20,000 nucleotides of DNA from an uncultured virus (IMG/VR IMGVR_UViG_3300022602_000071) (IMGVR_UViG_3300022602_000071); one strand, 5' to 3'; shown: positions 9,564 through 18,109, counted from the first letter of the stretch. Notes: generated by a model not told the origin, from the letters alone. A program made the numbers and translations.

Positions 9564-10135
9564 TGCCAGATATTGATATTGATTTTGCCGATCGAACAAA
9601 GGCACTGAGTGTACTAAAACATATAGATGCATGTTTAGATAATACTTTTAAAAAGCATAATACCGGTATCTACTGTACTTCTATTCCTTATAATCCTATA
9701 ACTGGTATAAGTACTATAGATTACAAAACTGCCGAAGAACGCGGATATTTTAAGATTGATTTTTTAAATGTCAGCGTTTACGAAGGTGTTAAAAACCAAG
9801 AACATTTAAAACAATTATTGGAGACAGAACCATTATGGGACCTACTGGAACAAGACGAATTCACGAATCTTCTCTTTCACGTGAACGGACACGGGCGCGT
9901 GTTGAGGCAAATGAAACCGAAAAATATAGAACAGCTCGCGGCGTGTATAGCAATAATTCGTCCGGCAAAACGATATTTGCTAGGAAAGAGTTGGATAGAA
10001 GTATTCAAAGAAATATGGGACAAACCGACGACTGACGAATATTATTTTAAGAAAGCACATGCCATTGCTTATGCACATGTGATAGTTGTCCAGATGAATT
10101 TAATTTGCGAGCAAATTAATCACGAACATAGTTAA
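9563..10135 (+). CDS. Miniature DNA polymerase III alpha (DnaE, family C)-like protein
   Basis: 190 aa; PDIDIDF, KHNTGIY, GYFKIDFLNV, AIIRP and FKKAHAIAYA correspond in order to the DnaE motifs PDFDVDF, HAGG, KFDFLGL, ALxRP and FNKSHSAAY. Confidence 0.85.
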   Translation: MPDIDIDFADRTKALSVLKHIDACLDNTFKKHNTGIYCTSIPYNPITGISTIDYKTAEERGYFKIDFLNVSVYEGVKNQEHLKQLLETEPLWDLLEQDEFTNLLFHVNGHGRVLRQMKPKNIEQLAACIAIIRPAKRYLLGKSWIEVFKEIWDKPTTDEYYFKKAHAIAYAHVIVVQMNLICEQINHEHS

Positions 10136-10509
10136 CGAGAAGGTCTGCGTAGTAGTTGAACCGATTTGCGTTTAACTCTTTTAAGAGTTAAGTTCATTAA
10201 ATTTACTACCGGGCCTAAAATAACTCTAGTATCTTTACTGTTAAATGTTTTAATTGCATAGTTAAAAGGTTTAATTTCTTCACGACAAAATACATTGATA
10301 GGAAATTGTCTATTACTTTCCCACCACCATATTTCACCAATTTCTAAAAATGCTTTAGTTTCATCGGCTGTCTTTAGTGCATTAAGATCATAAAAACTAG
10401 TTACAAATTGATCTTGATTTATAATGATGCCGATATATTCGTTTTCACCGTAGTTCAACACACTAATAAACGGTAAATTTTGTTCTATATTGTCTCTTAA
10501 TTTTGCCAT
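10132..10509 (-). CDS. Hypothetical phage protein, oppositely oriented within the cluster
   Basis: The ORF track gives 10132..10548. The ATG at 10509 (MAKLRDN..., 125 aa) avoids overlap with the next gene. Contains WWWESNR and a basic C-terminus. Confidence 0.75.
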   Translation of the reverse strand: MAKLRDNIEQNLPFISVLNYGENEYIGIIINQDQFVTSFYDLNALKTADETKAFLEIGEIWWWESNRQFPINVFCREEIKPFNYAIKTFNSKDTRVILGPVVNLMNLTLKRVKRKSVQLLRRPSR

Positions 10510-10533
10510 AAATAGTATTAAAGGTCCTGCCAA

Positions 10534-11643
10534 ATGCAAAAAATTCAAAGTTATTTATATCCAAATAGGATAATAGTATTAGCCGATGTGGCAGGTTTCA
10601 CTGTGGAGAACAAAGTCGTGTATGCAAGAAATGTAAAAATATATAAAGGCGTTGACAATGTCATAGAATTTGACGTACAAAATGCCGATCAAAAACGTAT
10701 AGACTTAACTACTCTATCAAGTATCAAATTAAATATAATGGATGTTAGCGGTAACTCTTTAGAAAATAGCCCGTATTCTCCAATTTTATTAAGTACCGCA
10801 ACAGCTACCAATGCCACAGTAGTTGCTCCATACCCTGTGGGACAAACTACCACTACTACGATTACTATTCCTACATCACATGTTGTAGGAACATTTTTGC
10901 CTACATACCAACTTACAGGAACCAGTATCTCTGGACCAGTTATCATAAGTGGAGTCAGCTCAGATGTCGATAGTGCAACTACTACACTAACAGTTACATT
11001 TCCAAATCAAACAGTTACTGCAGCGTCAAATGTATCCATCAGTTGTATAGTTAAAGGATTGTTAAAAGCCACAATTCCCGCAATGGATTTACATGATTTA
11101 AATGAACAATATCTAACATACAGTTTAACAGCAATTGATCAGTTAGGTAATGATATTGTGCTATACACAAACAGTTATTTTGAAGCAACAGGCACCATTG
11201 AAGTTATTACCAATGCTATTCCCAAATATAGAAAAGAAATTATATACGATGAATTTGTCGGCGATATTAATTTTATGGGTAATGTTACGAATCATACAAG
11301 TGCAATTCCTTGCAAATTTTATGAAGCAGAAGCAACTCAATACATGAACTTTAAAGTCAACATGACCAATTTTATTGGAACAGTTTATGTTGAAGCAACA
11401 GAAGACATGACAGTGGCAGTTAGTTCATTTATGAATGCAACTCAACTACAATCATTTACATGTACAACACCGACTACTACAACTATTATATTTTCCAATG
11501 TTCCAGTAATCAATCCAACAACTGGAAACAGTTATAACTACATGCGCATCAGTTGGTTATACCCGGATGTTTGGCAATATGGCAGCCAACAAAACCCTGC
11601 ACTTACTTACGGAATGGTTAATACAGTTACCGTTTGTTCTTGA
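10534..11643 (+). CDS. Probable virion structural protein (Thr-rich, beta-sandwich/baseplate-like)
   Basis: 369 aa, Thr/Val/Asn-rich; N-terminal KIYKGVDNVIEFDVQNADQKRIDL; ATAAATA box at 10508-10514. Confidence 0.55.
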   Translation: MQKIQSYLYPNRIIVLADVAGFTVENKVVYARNVKIYKGVDNVIEFDVQNADQKRIDLTTLSSIKLNIMDVSGNSLENSPYSPILLSTATATNATVVAPYPVGQTTTTTITIPTSHVVGTFLPTYQLTGTSISGPVIISGVSSDVDSATTTLTVTFPNQTVTAASNVSISCIVKGLLKATIPAMDLHDLNEQYLTYSLTAIDQLGNDIVLYTNSYFEATGTIEVITNAIPKYRKEIIYDEFVGDINFMGNVTNHTSAIPCKFYEAEATQYMNFKVNMTNFIGTVYVEATEDMTVAVSSFMNATQLQSFTCTTPTTTTIIFSNVPVINPTTGNSYNYMRISWLYPDVWQYGSQQNPALTYGMVNTVTVCS

Positions 11644-11668
11644 TAACAGATAAGCATTCTGTTATAAT
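11640..11668 (+). promoter_or_regulatory. Sigma70-type promoter with extended -10, for primase
   Basis: TTGATA (11640-11645), 17 bp, TG-T-TATAAT (-10 at 11663-11668); ATG at 11674. Confidence 0.7.
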
Positions 11669-11673
11669 AAGAC

Positions 11674-12672
11674 ATGAGTCTAATAGCAGATACCTTATTA
11701 CAATACTTACCCGGAAAGCGTAAACATACACCAAGTGGTTGGATAGGTTTTAATGCTGTCTGCTGTGATGACAAACGCCAGCGAGGCGGATTTATTGTCA
11801 ATGGTGGAGATGCCGTAAGCTATCATTGTTTCAATTGCGGATTCAAATGTAGTTGGCAACCGGGCAGACATATAAGTCAAAAAATGAATAAGTTCATGCG
11901 GGATCTTAATATTCCCGATGATGTCATTGCCCAATTAAGATTAGAAGCATTAAGATTAGATGAAAATAACACTCAATCAATCCGATCCATAATCCCTAAG
12001 TTTGAACCTCGCGCACTACCACAAGAAGCCCGTAGTTTTGATGAATGGAAGACTTTTTTTCAACTCACAGATGAAAACTATAAAATTCCGGAATCTTTCA
12101 TAACTGTTGTAGACTATCTGACCAAACGAAAAATAGATTTAAACGCATATCCTTTTTATTATACAAATAAAATCGGATTTAACAATAGAATTATAATTCC
12201 TTTTCTTTACAAAGGAGAAATTGTTGGCTGGACGGCTCGAGCTGTTAAAGATGCCAGTCCTAAATATTTAAGTGAACAACAACCTGGATATGTGTTTAAT
12301 TTAGACAACCAACAAGATGACAGAGAATTCGTAATTGTTTGTGAAGGCCCGTTTGATGCGCTAAGTATTGACGGATGTGCATTACTCGGAGCAGAGATTA
12401 AAGACAGTCAAAATTGGTTATTAAAGCAACTAGGAAAAGAACTGATCCTAGTTCCAGATAGAGATCACGAAGGTCCTAAGACAGTAGAACGGGCTATAGA
12501 ACTAGGATGGAGTGTTAGCATGCCTGACTGGCCCGATGGTGTTAAAGATATAAATGATGCTGTAATTAAATTAGGAAAATTAGCAGCATTGTGGTTAATT
12601 GTAAATAGTAAAGAAGCTAACAATTTAAAAATACAATTGCGAGCAAAAAAATGGTTTAAGGATATAACATGA
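11674..12672 (+). CDS. DNA primase (T4 gp61-like; Zn-binding plus TOPRIM)
   Basis: 332 aa; NAVCC...YHCFNCG, RIIIPF...GWTAR, PKYL, CEGPFD, PDRDHEG, KDIND. Confidence 0.92.
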   Translation: MSLIADTLLQYLPGKRKHTPSGWIGFNAVCCDDKRQRGGFIVNGGDAVSYHCFNCGFKCSWQPGRHISQKMNKFMRDLNIPDDVIAQLRLEALRLDENNTQSIRSIIPKFEPRALPQEARSFDEWKTFFQLTDENYKIPESFITVVDYLTKRKIDLNAYPFYYTNKIGFNNRIIIPFLYKGEIVGWTARAVKDASPKYLSEQQPGYVFNLDNQQDDREFVIVCEGPFDALSIDGCALLGAEIKDSQNWLLKQLGKELILVPDRDHEGPKTVERAIELGWSVSMPDWPDGVKDINDAVIKLGKLAALWLIVNSKEANNLKIQLRAKKWFKDIT

Positions 12673-12782
12673 AAAAATTATTAAGATGGTTACTGACTCC
12701 ATATCGTAGATATAAAGAGAAAAAAGCATTTCAAGCTCGACTAGCTGAATTGCGCAAGCGTGATCCATTTATTTACAAATGA
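12669..12782 (+). CDS. 37-aa basic peptide coupled to the carbamoyltransferase (not in the ORF track)
   Basis: MKKLLRWLLTPYRRYKEKKAFQARLAELRKRDPFIYK*; ATGA overlaps at both ends exactly fill the gap between primase and carbamoyltransferase. Confidence 0.8.
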   Translation: MKKLLRWLLTPYRRYKEKKAFQARLAELRKRDPFIYK

Positions 12783-13723
12783 TAGCCTGGGGAATAAACG
12801 CTCTTAATCACGGCTCCAGCCTGGCTGTTTTTAAAGGCGGCAAATTGCAATCATTGGCTAATTGTCAAGCTGATGAACTAAATTCATCAGACATAACTCG
12901 TGCACTACATTATGGAGCGCCCGATAGGATCTATTGGTACGAACGCCCTTGGATTAAAAAAGCTAGACAGCTATATGCAGGACAATATTCCACAGTCTTC
13001 GACTTATCAAATCTACCAAAAAAATATTTAAAAACTATAAAGGTATCTTATGCTCCAGTTACTTATACTGCTCATCATGCTAGCCATGCTGCCGCTGGCT
13101 ATTATACAAGTCCATTCAATCACTGTGCAATTGTTGTTCTTGATGCGATCGGAGAATTTGAGTGTGCTACCATCTGGCAAGGACTACACGGTGAAATGAA
13201 GAAAGTGTGGAGCAGAAGTTATCCACATAGCCTTGGAATTTTTTATAGCGCATTTACTAAATTAATTAATCTTACTCCTATAAAAGATGAATATTTGTTA
13301 CAACAAATGAGCGATCAAGGAGACCCTAATAGATTTTATTTTGAAGTTAAATCTTATATGGATAGCGTTCTTAACATGCCAAAAAATTTGCATAGAGGAG
13401 TGACTGATTGGCCGTTACCTATAGATAACCTGCAGGATCAATGCGATATTGCCGCAGCTGTTCAAACAGTATTCGAAGATCAAGTCGGCCTGATAATGGA
13501 TACAGCTAGAAAGTTAACCGGTGCTAATAGTTTAGTCTACATGGGCGGTTGTGCTATGAACAGCAAGTGTAATCTAAAAGAAATGCCTAAATGGAAGTAT
13601 GTTTGGTCGTTGCCTAATCCCGGAGACCCCAGCAGCAGCATAGGTGCTGTACTGTACCACACTAAACAGAGAGTACGGGATTATAAGTGGGATCCCGTCA
13701 AACACCTTGAAATTCGCACATAA
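12779..13723 (+). CDS. Carbamoyltransferase (CmcH/NodU family), N-terminal Kae1-like domain only
   Basis: 314 aa; WGINALNHGSS, YERP, HHASHAAAGYYTSPF, VLDAIGE, PHSLGIFYSAFT, DIAAAVQ, GGCAMN, PGD.SSIGA. Confidence 0.88.
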   Translation: MIAWGINALNHGSSLAVFKGGKLQSLANCQADELNSSDITRALHYGAPDRIYWYERPWIKKARQLYAGQYSTVFDLSNLPKKYLKTIKVSYAPVTYTAHHASHAAAGYYTSPFNHCAIVVLDAIGEFECATIWQGLHGEMKKVWSRSYPHSLGIFYSAFTKLINLTPIKDEYLLQQMSDQGDPNRFYFEVKSYMDSVLNMPKNLHRGVTDWPLPIDNLQDQCDIAAAVQTVFEDQVGLIMDTARKLTGANSLVYMGGCAMNSKCNLKEMPKWKYVWSLPNPGDPSSSIGAVLYHTKQRVRDYKWDPVKHLEIRT

Positions 13724-13735
13724 TTAAAGTATAAT
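13707..13735 (+). promoter_or_regulatory. Sigma70-type promoter for the helicase
   Basis: TTGAAA (13707-13712), 17 bp, TATAAT (13730-13735); ATG at 13741. Confidence 0.7.
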
Positions 13736-13740
13736 AACAT

Positions 13741-15189
13741 ATGAATGATAAAAAAGAAAGAGTAAGACAAAATGTCGACTACGGTTACGATATTCAAAGA
13801 GTATATCTAGAAATGATGCTAGCAGATGCTGGCACATTTGTGCGTTGTCAAAGTATATTTGACAGCAGTCTATTTGACCGTAGACTACAAACGGCGGCAG
13901 AATTTTTGACAAAATATGTAACTGATAATAATGTATTACCCACTGTAGACATTATAAACGCTGCTACAGGCAGTGATCTAAAAGCGGCTACAGACCTCCG
14001 TGAAGAACATTACGAATGGTTGATGAATGATTTTGAAACATTCATCAAACACAAAGGACTGGAACGAGCTATTTTAGAAAGTGCTGACTTACTAGAAAAG
14101 GGCGAATACGGTCCTGTAGAAGAACGGATCAAGCAGGCTGTACAAGTGGGCTTACAACGAGACATGGGTACCGATTACTTTGCTGATCCCCGAGCTAGAC
14201 TGATGCGTATCAAGGATAAAAATGGACAAATCTCCACAGGATGGAAAGCCATCGACGATAAACTTTATGGCGGTTTTAATCGAGGCGAGCTCAATATTTG
14301 GGCTGGCGGATCTGGTGCTGGTAAGTCTTTGTTTCTTGCTAATCTTGGCGTTAACTACGCTCTTGCTGGACATAATGTTTTATATCTAACTCTTGAATTG
14401 AGTGAAGAGCTAGTAAGTCTGCGTGTGGATGCAATGGTAACTGGAATTCCTACAAGGGAGATTTTTAAACAGATTGACGATGTAGAAATGAAAGTCAAAA
14501 TGATTGGCAAGAAAAGCGGACAGTTCCAAGTCAAGTATATGCCTAGCGGTAAGACAGCCAATGATATTCGTGCTTACATGAAAGAGTATGAAATCAAGAT
14601 GGGTCGTAAGATTGATGTATTGCTGGTAGACTACATGGACTTGTTGTTACCCTTGAGCAAGCGTATCAGTGCTGAAAACCTGTTTGTCAAAGACAAATAT
14701 GTAAGTGAAGAATTGCGAAATCTAGCAGTAGAAAAGAACTGTGTATTTGTAACTGCTGCACAGTTGAATCGCGGGGCAGTTGAAGAAGTGGAATTTGACC
14801 ACAGTCATATTTCCGGAGGATTAAGCAAGATCCAAACAGCAGACAATGTGTTTGGTATCTTTACCAGTCGTGCTATGCGTGAGCGTGGACGATATCAGAT
14901 ACAGTTGATGAAGACCCGTAGTTCAAGTGGTGTCGGACAAAAGATTGATTTGGAATTTAATATTGATACACTGCGTATTTCAGACTTGGATGAAGAAGAC
15001 GGTTATGGAAACAGCTCAAGTCAAAGTGCAGGAGCAACACTGCTCAACAGTATTAAACAAAGACAAACTGTCAGTGCTACCACCGGAGAAATTATAGACG
15101 CAGGGGCGCCAGCACCAAAATTAAAAGCAGAAGTAGCCAGCACAAAATTAAGAGAGCTGTTGAATAACCTTCCTACCGACGATATTTAA
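13741..15189 (+). CDS. Replicative DNA helicase (DnaB/T4 gp41-like)
   Basis: 482 aa; ISTGWKAID, Walker A GGSGAGKS, YLTLEL, VDYMDL, AQLNR, TAD, MKTR. Confidence 0.93.
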   Translation: MNDKKERVRQNVDYGYDIQRVYLEMMLADAGTFVRCQSIFDSSLFDRRLQTAAEFLTKYVTDNNVLPTVDIINAATGSDLKAATDLREEHYEWLMNDFETFIKHKGLERAILESADLLEKGEYGPVEERIKQAVQVGLQRDMGTDYFADPRARLMRIKDKNGQISTGWKAIDDKLYGGFNRGELNIWAGGSGAGKSLFLANLGVNYALAGHNVLYLTLELSEELVSLRVDAMVTGIPTREIFKQIDDVEMKVKMIGKKSGQFQVKYMPSGKTANDIRAYMKEYEIKMGRKIDVLLVDYMDLLLPLSKRISAENLFVKDKYVSEELRNLAVEKNCVFVTAAQLNRGAVEEVEFDHSHISGGLSKIQTADNVFGIFTSRAMRERGRYQIQLMKTRSSSGVGQKIDLEFNIDTLRISDLDEEDGYGNSSSQSAGATLLNSIKQRQTVSATTGEIIDAGAPAPKLKAEVASTKLRELLNNLPTDDI

Positions 15190-15196
15190 TAAAATT

Positions 15197-15204
15197 TATA
15201 AATA
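15197..15204 (+). promoter_or_regulatory. T4-late-type promoter box TATAAATA
   Basis: Exact TATAAATA in the intergenic gap upstream of ORF 15229. Confidence 0.6.
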
Positions 15205-15228
15205 CGCTTATTATAAAGGTAGCGACTC

Positions 15229-15678
15229 ATGGAACTTCACAGAATTAGAGACATCACTGACCCCTTGGTAAGTTTAATCAAGGACGATCCTGTTAGACCG
15301 CATATTCCTCTCGAACAGCGAATCAACGAAGCTGCAGAAATTCTAATTTTGAAAGCGGGGGAAGAAATACTGGCGGCCACTTGCATGCAATGGCTAAATG
15401 AAGTTCCTGAAACTGAAGAAGATCTTATCAGTATGGGCAAGGACAAGAAGATAGCAGTATTTTACACAATCTGGAGTTATAGTCCGGGCGCCGGAGCCAC
15501 ATTACTACAGCAGGCAGCCAGTTGGTTAAAAAGTGAATTTAAAGATATCAAGGGCATAGTTACTCTCAGTCCTCAAACAGCCATGGCCAGAAGATTTCAT
15601 CTTAAAAACGGTGCTCGTATCCGTAAAGAAAATCTAAATTCAGTCAACTACGAATACTACTATAGAGAAGCTGAATAA
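15229..15678 (+). CDS. GNAT-like (acetyltransferase-fold) protein
   Basis: 149 aa; AVFYTIWSYSPGAGATLL resembles motif A and TLSP..AMARRFHLKNGA resembles motif B. Confidence 0.55.
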   Translation: MELHRIRDITDPLVSLIKDDPVRPHIPLEQRINEAAEILILKAGEEILAATCMQWLNEVPETEEDLISMGKDKKIAVFYTIWSYSPGAGATLLQQAASWLKSEFKDIKGIVTLSPQTAMARRFHLKNGARIRKENLNSVNYEYYYREAE

Positions 15679-15702
15679 CAGCCTGACTAGTTAAATACTA
15701 GT

Positions 15703-15957
15703 ATGGCCAAGAAGATCAGCAACTATTCGCCCTGCAATCACGATTTCCTATACACGGCTTCAGTCAATTGGCCTTACAATCAGTCAGTACAACTGGACTG
15801 GATCACAGGGATTGTTGAAATAGAATCTTGGTTACTGAACTATACCGGCCCCCAATACAGCAGATGGGCATGGAGTACAGCCCGCGAAGTGGATCAAATA
15901 GCCGTGGCTTTTCGCTACGACCCACACCGAACACTGTTTTTATTGGCCTGGAGCTGA
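15703..15957 (+). CDS. Small Trp-rich hypothetical phage protein
   Basis: 84 aa ending FLLAWS; TAAATA at 15692-15697. Confidence 0.65.
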   Translation: MAKKISNYSPCNHDFLYTASVNWPYNQSVQLDWITGIVEIESWLLNYTGPQYSRWAWSTAREVDQIAVAFRYDPHRTLFLLAWS

Positions 15958-16257
15958 AGCGTCTAAACTGGGCTCGGCTAGTTGGGGCAACTTGCCTGAG
16001 TGAAATGCCATACGCTCTGCAGCAGCTTTGGCTTCAATTGCCAATTCATCTGCGGCTTTACGGGCAGCTTCGGCAGCAGCTTCTGCATGAGCTTTGGTTT
16101 CTCTTGCTGTATCAATAGCCCGTTGCCTTGCGGCCAGTAGTGCAGCTTCCAATCGTTCAACTTCAGTATTGGCTATGACATTGGCCTGTTTGGCCCCTGA
16201 AAACAATTTGGCCACATCAGTATCGATTATGGTGTGTAGTTTATCTAATAGACCCAT
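15940..16257 (-). CDS. Ala-rich coiled-coil hypothetical protein
   Basis: 105 aa; SD AAGGAG; TATAAATA on the - strand at 16276-16283. Confidence 0.8.
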   Translation of the reverse strand: MGLLDKLHTIIDTDVAKLFSGAKQANVIANTEVERLEAALLAARQRAIDTARETKAHAEAAAEAARKAADELAIEAKAAAERMAFHSGKLPQLAEPSLDASAPGQ

Positions 16258-16313
16258 GATATTCTCCTTAGGCTGTATTTATATACGCAGTTAATACACC
16301 CAATAATTTTTGT

Positions 16314-16550
16314 TTAGCGCTGTTCATTGGGTCTAGGAGTGCGCAGTGCTCTACGCTGTTGCTCAACCACTAACCTGGTACAGTTTTCACGCTGAGTCAA
16401 ATTGGCCATGCTTTCACACAGTTTGATATCCAGCTTGGCCACAGCCAAACACAAATCCTGCTCACTACCGTGAAGTCTGGCACAATCGTTGATACTCTCA
16501 GCCGAACTGTGCAAGCTAATAACAGCTAGTATTACTAAAATGTAACGCAT
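16314..16550 (-). CDS. Small secreted Cys-containing protein
   Basis: 78 aa; signal-peptide-like N-terminus, four Cys; TAAATA 4 nt before the ATG. Confidence 0.7.
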   Translation of the reverse strand: MRYILVILAVISLHSSAESINDCARLHGSEQDLCLAVAKLDIKLCESMANLTQRENCTRLVVEQQRRALRTPRPNEQR

Positions 16551-16883
16551 AATGTATTTACTCTTACTAGTTTGTAACTGAAATCAGTAGTAACGCGGAG
16601 TAAATAATAGTATACTATAATTATTATGCTTAACACTATTATACTTGCCAATTAATCTCTTTCGCTCCTGATCAAGGCCTACATGTGTGCAAGTACACAT
16701 GCGACCAAGGTCCTAAAACCGTAATCAACGTGGTCAGCAACAACAGCAACTATATTTGCCAACGACAAATCACAGTTAACCGTTGGCTGCATAATCGTTA
16801 AAAATCAGTCTATTTCAAGCGTAATCATACTGTAATCTATAAATACTTGTACACAGAAACTGACTCTGTGAATTGGAGGTTTT

Positions 16884-16955
16884 ATGTATATGATTTCAGA
16901 ATACTTAGATCACAAGCCCCAAACAAAACTCATGCACAGTGAGAATCCACCATAA
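16884..16955 (+). CDS. Putative 23-aa peptide
   Basis: GGAGG SD (16875-16879), then MYMISEYLDHKPQTKLMHSENPP*; TATAAATA at 16838-16845. Confidence 0.4.
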   Translation: MYMISEYLDHKPQTKLMHSENPP

Positions 16956-17013
16956 GATAAGAGCTTGTACTCTTACTGCTAGACCACTACGCGGGACATG
17001 CCCGCACAAACCG

Positions 17014-17042
17014 GCTCTGATAATTCAGAGCTTTTCTTTTTT
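17014..17042 (+). terminator. Rho-independent terminator
   Basis: GCTCTGA-TAAT-TCAGAGC followed by TTTTCTTTTTT. Confidence 0.75.
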
Positions 17043-17053
17043 ATAAATACTCA

Positions 17054-17938
17054 ATGCGAGCGACAGAATTTATCACAGAATACAGTCAAGACATAACGGT
17101 GCAACGTTTAGGACCTGCACTGATACAGGCTGCAAAAAAAGATCGAACGACCTACAACATATTGGGTCGTATCAAGGACATGAAGAATCCGCCTGATGAA
17201 CGAACTCTAAGCCTGGCAGTAAGAATGTTTGCCGGAAGCGATCCCACGGACCATAATCAATATACAGAATGGTTGATTAGAACTTATATCAGAGAATGGA
17301 ACACGGGCTCGGGCACCAAGTTTGAAGATGTAAACAGCACAGTACAGGACCGTTTGGAAAAATTTTTCAAACTCAACAGAAGAAAAATAATTAAGGCCCC
17401 GGACAATGACATCAATAGATACAAAACCTTCAAAGAATTCATACAGGCAATAGATCAGATTCCCGATCCTGAACCCACTGAAAAGGAACGAGGTCGCGGT
17501 GCAGAAATTTACCGAGACGCCAATATACGAGTTATCGTGCCCGAAGATCAAGCGGCAGCCTGTTATTATGGACAGGGCACACAATGGTGCACGGCCGCTA
17601 CTAGAGGTAACAATCTGTTTAATGACTACAACGGCCGGGCTCCACTGTTTATAGTACTGCCACTCAAACCTCAGCATGTGGGAGAAAAATATCAACTGCA
17701 CTTTGTGTTTTCCGTGGGCAATCGACTAATTACCAGCGATGATGCTTATTATGATGCTGCTTATGAATACGGCGAGGATTACATAACTGACAACGCACAA
17801 ACGTCGCAATTCATGGACGAACATGATGATGCTGTATCACTGAAACAATTGCATGCTAGATTTGGTTCCAGTATGACTAATTTAGAACGTGCAATTATTG
17901 CCAAGTATCCCCAATTAGAATTTGCAATGAACCAATAG
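17054..17938 (+). CDS. Hypothetical late protein with a G-T-x-W-C-T (PcfJ-like) domain, possibly head-internal
   Basis: 294 aa; starts MRATEFITE; contains DPT..QYTEWL, DINRYK and AACYYGQGTQWCTAA...FNDY; TATAAATA at 17042-17049. Confidence 0.7.
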   Translation: MRATEFITEYSQDITVQRLGPALIQAAKKDRTTYNILGRIKDMKNPPDERTLSLAVRMFAGSDPTDHNQYTEWLIRTYIREWNTGSGTKFEDVNSTVQDRLEKFFKLNRRKIIKAPDNDINRYKTFKEFIQAIDQIPDPEPTEKERGRGAEIYRDANIRVIVPEDQAAACYYGQGTQWCTAATRGNNLFNDYNGRAPLFIVLPLKPQHVGEKYQLHFVFSVGNRLITSDDAYYDAAYEYGEDYITDNAQTSQFMDEHDDAVSLKQLHARFGSSMTNLERAIIAKYPQLEFAMNQ

Positions 17939-18109
17939 GTGAATCTCTATTCGAGCCGGAGGGCAGCGCAATTTTTTACGCGAAGCGGAAGCGAAAAACG
18001 CGAAATCCAGCGTTCTGCTTGTGGCACCGAACCGTAATCACTAGTAATCAATAGTAAAAAGACCGTAACAAGTATAGCATAACACCCCGGTAGGCTGTAT
18101 ACTACTAGT

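Noticed and set aside
1438..15189. Stop-codon reassignment, introns or inteins in core genes
   Set aside because: SSB, UvsX, UvsW, primase and helicase are uninterrupted and of normal length in the standard code.
17207..17701. 164-aa - strand ORF
   Set aside because: Entirely antisense to the 294-aa gene, which has a promoter and recognisable motifs.
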